From NCBI RefSeq assembly GCF_023091865.1, contig NZ_JAHXDI010000005.1, positions 23,722 to 55,721 of the forward strand: DNA of 32,000 nucleotides, written 5' to 3'. Position numbers and translations under genes: made by a program. The DNA comes from Chromohalobacter moromii. Its GTDB lineage: Bacteria > Pseudomonadota > Gammaproteobacteria > Pseudomonadales > Halomonadaceae. Shown in pieces: positions 27,884-32,000 of the stretch; positions within the stretch are counted from its first letter, which is position 1; each line of letters opens with the position of its first letter. Below the pieces are notes generated by a model. The model was not told where the DNA came from and ran no database searches. It saw nothing but the letters and a program-made list of their open reading frames with translations.

Positions 27884-28635
27884 AGGTGTTACGCAGTATC
27901 GTATTTTATACCGGCTACTTTTTGGCGCTGCTGATCAGCGGCCTAGTGTTGTTACCGACCGCACCGTTCTTGCCGTTGTTTTCGCGTTTTCGGCTGCTGA
28001 ATCTGTATAACCGCTTCATCGTGGGTTGGTTCGCTGTGTCCTGCGGGGTGCGTTATCACGTCAGCGGGCGCGATAACGTGCCTGAGGGGCCCTGCGTGGT
28101 GCTCGCCAATCATCAAAGCGAGTGGGAAACCCTGTTCCTGCAGCTGCTCAAAGTGCCAGTGTGCACGGTACTCAAGCGTGAGCTGCTCAATATGCCTGTC
28201 TTCGGCTGGGGGCTGCGTTTGATCAAGCCCATCGCTCTGGATCGCTCGCGACCGTCGCGGGCCATGCGCATGGTACTCGAGCAAGGCACGCAGCGTTTGG
28301 CTGAGGGGCTATCGGTGCTGATCTTTCCCGAGGGTACGCGGGTGGCGCCTGGGCAGCGGCGTCGCTACAACAAGAGTGGGGTGGTGATTGCTTGTCGCTC
28401 AGGGGTCCCGGTGTTGCCCGTAGCCCATAATGCCGGTGAACACTGGCCGGGACGGCACTGGGTCAAGAAGCCTGGAGACTTGCATGTGGTGGTCGGCGAG
28501 CCGATTGCCACGCAGGGGCGCTCCACCAACGAGGTGTTGGCCGAGGTCGAGCATTGGATCGAATCGCAGCTTCGCGAGATCTCCGCGGTACCGCGTCCAG
28601 AGGCCGAGGGCGAGCCCACCAAGGTGCCCGCCTGA
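27880..28635 (+). CDS. PlsC-family lysophospholipid/1-acyl-sn-glycerol-3-phosphate acyltransferase
   Basis: 251 aa with an N-terminal TM helix, acyltransferase block I as NHQSEWE (28108-28128), block III IFPEGTR, and a later VPVLPVAHNAG. Confidence 0.85.
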   Translation: MKVLRSIVFYTGYFLALLISGLVLLPTAPFLPLFSRFRLLNLYNRFIVGWFAVSCGVRYHVSGRDNVPEGPCVVLANHQSEWETLFLQLLKVPVCTVLKRELLNMPVFGWGLRLIKPIALDRSRPSRAMRMVLEQGTQRLAEGLSVLIFPEGTRVAPGQRRRYNKSGVVIACRSGVPVLPVAHNAGEHWPGRHWVKKPGDLHVVVGEPIATQGRSTNEVLAEVEHWIESQLREISAVPRPEAEGEPTKVPA

Positions 28636-28666
28636 GCCTCTGCCGACGGAGGGTGTACCCGCACGC

Positions 28667-28700
28667 AAAAAGGGGCGTCTCGTGAGAGACGCCCCTTTTT
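28667..28700. terminator. Bidirectional rho-independent terminator between convergent acyltransferase and fabB
   Basis: AAAAAGGGGCGTCTC-GTGA-GAGACGCCCCTTTTT is a perfect 15-nt palindromic arm with A/T runs on both sides. Confidence 0.9.
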
Positions 28701-28738
28701 CATGTCACCGGGGAACCTACGACGCTGAGGTCGCGCGC

Positions 28739-29956
28739 TTAGTCCCGGTAGCGTTGCAGCACCAAGCAGGCGTTGGTGCCGCCGAACCCGAAGCTATTGG
28801 ATAGCACGCGCTCGATGGCGACATCGTCGCGACGTTGGTCGACGATATCGAAGCCTTGGGCGGCATCGTCCAGCTCGCTGATGTTGGCCGAGGCGGCGAT
28901 GAAGGCGTGCTCCATCATCAACAGCGAGTAGATGGTTTCCTGCACGCCAGTGGCGCCCAGCGAATGCCCAGTCAGCGATTTGGTGGAACTCATCGCCGGC
29001 GTGGTATCGCCGAACACCTCGCGAATCGCCTTGAGCTCGGCGATGTCGCCCACCGGGGTGGAGGTGCCATGGGTGTTGATATAGTCGATCGGACCATCCA
29101 CGTTCGCCATGGCTTGCCGCATGCAGCGCGCGGCGCCTTCGCCGGAGGGTGCGACCATGTCGTAGCCATCGGAAGTAGCGCCATAGCCGACGATTTCGGC
29201 ATAGATCTTGGCGCCACGCGCCTTGGCGTGTTCCAACTCTTCGAGCACTAGCATGCCGCCACCGCCAGCGATGATGAAGCCATCGCGCGAGGCGTCATAG
29301 GGACGCGAGGCGGTTTCGGGGGCGTCGTTATAGCTAGTCGAGAGTGCGCCCATGGCATCGAACAGGCAGGACAGCGTCCAATGTTCCTCTTCGCCGCCAC
29401 CGGCAAAGACTACGTCCTGCTTGCCGAGCTGGATCTGCTCGACGGCACTGCCGATGCAGTGGGCCGAGGTCGCGCAGGCCGAGGAGATGGAGTAGTTGAC
29501 GCCCTTGATCTTGAACGGCGTGGCGAGGCAGGCGGAGACCGTGCTGCCCATGGTCCGCGTGACCCGGTAGGGGCCGACACGACGCAGCCCCTTCTCGCGT
29601 AGGACGTCGGCGGCTTCGACCTGGTTGGCGCTGGACGCGCCGCCGGAGCCAGCGATCAGGCCGGTACGCTCGTTGGAGATATCGCTTTCGTCGAGGCCGG
29701 CATCACGGATCGCCTGTTCCATCGAGACATAGGCGAATGCCGCGGCATCACCCATGAAGCGACGCAGCTTACGGTCGATTAAGGTATCGAGATCGATATC
29801 GATGGCACCGGCCACGTGGCTGCGGAAGCCACGTTCGGCGTATTCATCTTTGTAACGAATACCCGAGCGTCCGCTGCGTAGCGCGTCCAGTACCTGGTGC
29901 TGGTCATTGCCGAGGCAAGACACGATGCCTTGGCCGGTGACTACCACTCGTCGCAT
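28739..29956 (-). CDS. fabB: 3-oxoacyl-ACP synthase I
   Basis: From ATG 29956 (AGGAGG 6 nt upstream): [17 protein letters not shown]...[17 protein letters not shown]...[19 protein letters not shown]...[12 protein letters not shown]...[11 protein letters not shown] is collinear with E. coli FabB. It lies downstream of fabA. Confidence 0.96.
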   Translation of the reverse strand: MRRVVVTGQGIVSCLGNDQHQVLDALRSGRSGIRYKDEYAERGFRSHVAGAIDIDLDTLIDRKLRRFMGDAAAFAYVSMEQAIRDAGLDESDISNERTGLIAGSGGASSANQVEAADVLREKGLRRVGPYRVTRTMGSTVSACLATPFKIKGVNYSISSACATSAHCIGSAVEQIQLGKQDVVFAGGGEEEHWTLSCLFDAMGALSTSYNDAPETASRPYDASRDGFIIAGGGGMLVLEELEHAKARGAKIYAEIVGYGATSDGYDMVAPSGEGAARCMRQAMANVDGPIDYINTHGTSTPVGDIAELKAIREVFGDTTPAMSSTKSLTGHSLGATGVQETIYSLLMMEHAFIAASANISELDDAAQGFDIVDQRRDDVAIERVLSNSFGFGGTNACLVLQRYRD

Positions 29957-29969
29957 GGAAGCCTCCTGA

Positions 29970-30485
29970 TCAGAAATTCGCGGTGGAGGTAAACAAGCCA
30001 ACGCGCAAATCGTTGGCCTGATAGATATCGCGACCGTCGACCGAAACGGTGCCGTCGGCAATCCCCAGTATCAACCGCCGGGTAATAATCCGCTTGAGGT
30101 TGATCCGGTAGGTGACCTTCTCGGCGTTCGGCATGATCTGGCCCGAGAACTTGACCTCGCCACAGCCCAAGGCGCGCCCGCGGCCAGGATGACCCAGCCA
30201 GCCGAGGTAGAAGCCGACCAGTTGCCACATGGCATCCAGACCCAGACAGCCGGGCATGACCGGGTCGCCGGGAAAGTGGCAATCGAAGAACCACAGGTCG
30301 GGGTGGATATCCAGTTCGGCGATGAGCTCGCCCTTGTTGTACTCGCCTCCGCCCTCCTGGATCTGCGTGATGCGGTCGAGCATCAGCATGTTGGGGGCCG
30401 GCAGCTGGGCGTTGCCCGGGCCGAAAAGCTCGCCCTGGCTGCATGCCAGCAGTTCTTCGTAGCTGAAAGAATGTTGCTTGGTCAC
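29970..30485 (-). CDS. fabA: 3-hydroxydecanoyl-ACP dehydratase/isomerase
   Basis: From GTG 30485: (M)[38 protein letters not shown]...[36 protein letters not shown]... is nearly identical in pattern to P. aeruginosa and E. coli FabA (171 aa). Confidence 0.95.
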   Translation of the reverse strand: MTKQHSFSYEELLACSQGELFGPGNAQLPAPNMLMLDRITQIQEGGGEYNKGELIAELDIHPDLWFFDCHFPGDPVMPGCLGLDAMWQLVGFYLGWLGHPGRGRALGCGEVKFSGQIMPNAEKVTYRINLKRIITRRLILGIADGTVSVDGRDIYQANDLRVGLFTSTANF

Positions 30486-30696
30486 TGAATCTTTCCGAGA
30501 GTCGAAATTGTGGTGCGTCGCAGAGCACGAACACCTTAGTCTACTGGCAGTGCCGAATGAATGCACGCTGGGCTAGCCTACCGGGCGCGCGTGATGGGTG
30601 CAATCCGCGGATGGGTGCGGGTTGCGCCGGTCGCAAGAGAAGGGGCATGATGCCTGCACTTTCACGAACCTCTATTGATTGAGCCGCTAATTCGCC

Positions 30697-32000
30697 ATGT
30701 GGTCCGTCTTTACGCTCAACCGTCCCTTGGTATGGACGGGCATTGCTGCCATGGCCTCCATGAGCCTTTTGCCAACGCTAATGTTGCGACTGGCGGCTCT
30801 GGTGGTCGTTGTCATCGGTGGCCTGGATGCCTGGCGGCAGATTCGTCTGGAGGCGGCCCGTCGCCGGCTGACTGAAACGGCGCTCACACTCTCCCCCGAT
30901 GGCGTGGTTATTTCCAACGCCCATAATCGCATCGAGGCGGTCAATCCGGCCTTTACGCAAATCACCGGCTACAGCGATGACGAGATACGGGGTCTCGATA
31001 CGTCGGTGCTCTCCTCCGGTCGCCACGACAAAACTTTTTACGAACATTATTGGCAGACCCTCAATGCCACTGGGCAATGGGAAGGGGAGGTCTGGAACCA
31101 GCGCAAGCATGGCGATCAATTCCCCGAATGGCTGCGTGTGCGGGCGGTCACCGATGACAAGGGGCGTGTCACGCATTACGTGGGGTTGTTCACCGATATT
31201 ACTCGTCACAAGGCACGGGAGCAGGATCTGCAGCGTATCGGCTTCGAGGATCCGTTGACCGGCTTGCCCAATCGCCGGCGTCTGCACGATTTGCTGGCCT
31301 CGCGCTTGCAGCGCCTGCGAGCCGGTGAGGGGTTGGATATCGCGTTGATCGACATCGATGGCTTCAAGGCAGTCAACGACACCATGGGCGTCGACAAGGG
31401 TGATCGCCTGCTATCGCGCTTCGGACAACGGCTCGCCGCCTTCGTCGCCGGGGGCGTGGTCGGTCGCTTGGGCGGCGACGAGTTCATGGTCATTCGCACC
31501 ACGACCTATGACGATCATGAACAATGGGTGGAAGGGCTACGCGGGCATCTTAGCGAACCGTTCGAGGTCGGCGATAAACCCCTTCGCCTAGGGCTGACCA
31601 TCGGAACTTGCCGCGCGCCCGACGACGGGCGTGATTCCGGCGTGCTGTTCCAGCGTCTCGAGTCGGCTCTCTATGCCGCCAAGCGTCACGGGCGAAACCA
31701 CAGTCAACGCTTCCGTCCCTCGCTGGAAGTCGCGGGGGACCCTCAGCTCGAGTTGCTCAACGAGCTTCGCCAGGCTCTGGCGCACGGTACGCAGCTCGAG
31801 CTCTTCTACCAGACCCAGCACTATCTCGACGACGGGCGACTGGCCGGTATGGAAGCCTTGTTGCGCTGGTATCATCCCACGCATGGCATGATTTCGCCGG
31901 GAACGTTCATCCCTCTGGCCGAGCGCCATGGTCTGATGGCCTCGCTGGGTGACTGGGTGATCGATCATGCCTGCGCGCAGTTGGCGACCTGGCGCCAGCA
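30697..32000 (+). CDS. Membrane-anchored PAS-GGDEF-EAL c-di-GMP protein, 5' part (runs off right edge)
   Basis: Not in the ORF track because no stop falls inside the window. ATG 30697 is the first start after in-frame TAA 30688-30690. It has hydrophobic segments (IAAMASMSLLPTLMLRLAALVVVVIGG), a PAS domain (VISNAHNRIEAVNPAFTQITGYSDDEI), a GGDEF domain (IDIDGFKAVNDTMGVDKGD, RLGGDEF) and the start of an EAL domain (MEALLRW). Confidence 0.9.
   Translation, partial: MWSVFTLNRPLVWTGIAAMASMSLLPTLMLRLAALVVVVIGGLDAWRQIRLEAARRRLTETALTLSPDGVVISNAHNRIEAVNPAFTQITGYSDDEIRGLDTSVLSSGRHDKTFYEHYWQTLNATGQWEGEVWNQRKHGDQFPEWLRVRAVTDDKGRVTHYVGLFTDITRHKAREQDLQRIGFEDPLTGLPNRRRLHDLLASRLQRLRAGEGLDIALIDIDGFKAVNDTMGVDKGDRLLSRFGQRLAAFVAGGVVGRLGGDEFMVIRTTTYDDHEQWVEGLRGHLSEPFEVGDKPLRLGLTIGTCRAPDDGRDSGVLFQRLESALYAAKRHGRNHSQRFRPSLEVAGDPQLELLNELRQALAHGTQLELFYQTQHYLDDGRLAGMEALLRWYHPTHGMISPGTFIPLAERHGLMASLGDWVIDHACAQLATWRQ

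Noticed and set aside
30510-30535. Imperfect inverted repeat GGTGTTCGTGC...GCGACGCACC (minus strand) 25-50 nt upstream of fabA, as a possible FabR/DesT-type operator
   Set aside because: Only the outer 4 bp pair cleanly, and it does not match the operator sequences I recall for FabR or DesT. That is too weak to call.
1-32000. Looked for CRISPR arrays, tRNA or rRNA genes, IS elements, integrases, toxin-antitoxin pairs or defence-system gene sets
   Set aside because: The intergenic regions are short and accounted for by terminators and promoters. Apart from the 10-bp tandem repeat at 24718-24752 there are no repeat-spacer periodicity, terminal inverted repeats or mobility genes. No gene cluster remains functionally unassigned.

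Overview
GC-rich gammaproteobacterial chromosome; protein similarity and the uvrA-MFS-ssb synteny suggest a Pseudomonas- or Halomonas-like organism (a guess, not computed). Positions 1-9216 hold the 3' part of the ribosomal S10 operon plus the complete spc and alpha operons: rplP' to rpsQ, rplN to rpmJ including secY, and rpsM-rpsK-rpsD-rpoA-rplQ, all on the + strand. The 37-aa rpmJ is absent from the supplied ORF track. uvrA (-) follows, then an MFS transporter and ssb (+). The more accessory-looking part is 14.4-28.7 kb. It holds a pgaABCD (poly-beta-1,6-GlcNAc) operon, a divergent norR/hmp NO-detoxification pair with a textbook sigma-54 promoter, and an orphan PF10014-type 2OG/Fe(II) oxygenase. 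It also holds a PAS-GGDEF-EAL protein and an RmlD-like protein with degenerate motifs that is translationally coupled to a PlsC-family acyltransferase. The window ends with fabB-fabA (-) and a second, membrane-anchored PAS-GGDEF-EAL gene that runs off the right edge. I saw no rRNA, tRNA, CRISPR array, transposase, integrase or recognisable defence system, and I cannot support a claim of a wholly new system here. The most concrete anomaly is an in-frame TAG inside pgaC, with conserved PgaC sequence continuing in the same frame after it. Several long antisense ORFs in the track are GC-driven artefacts.
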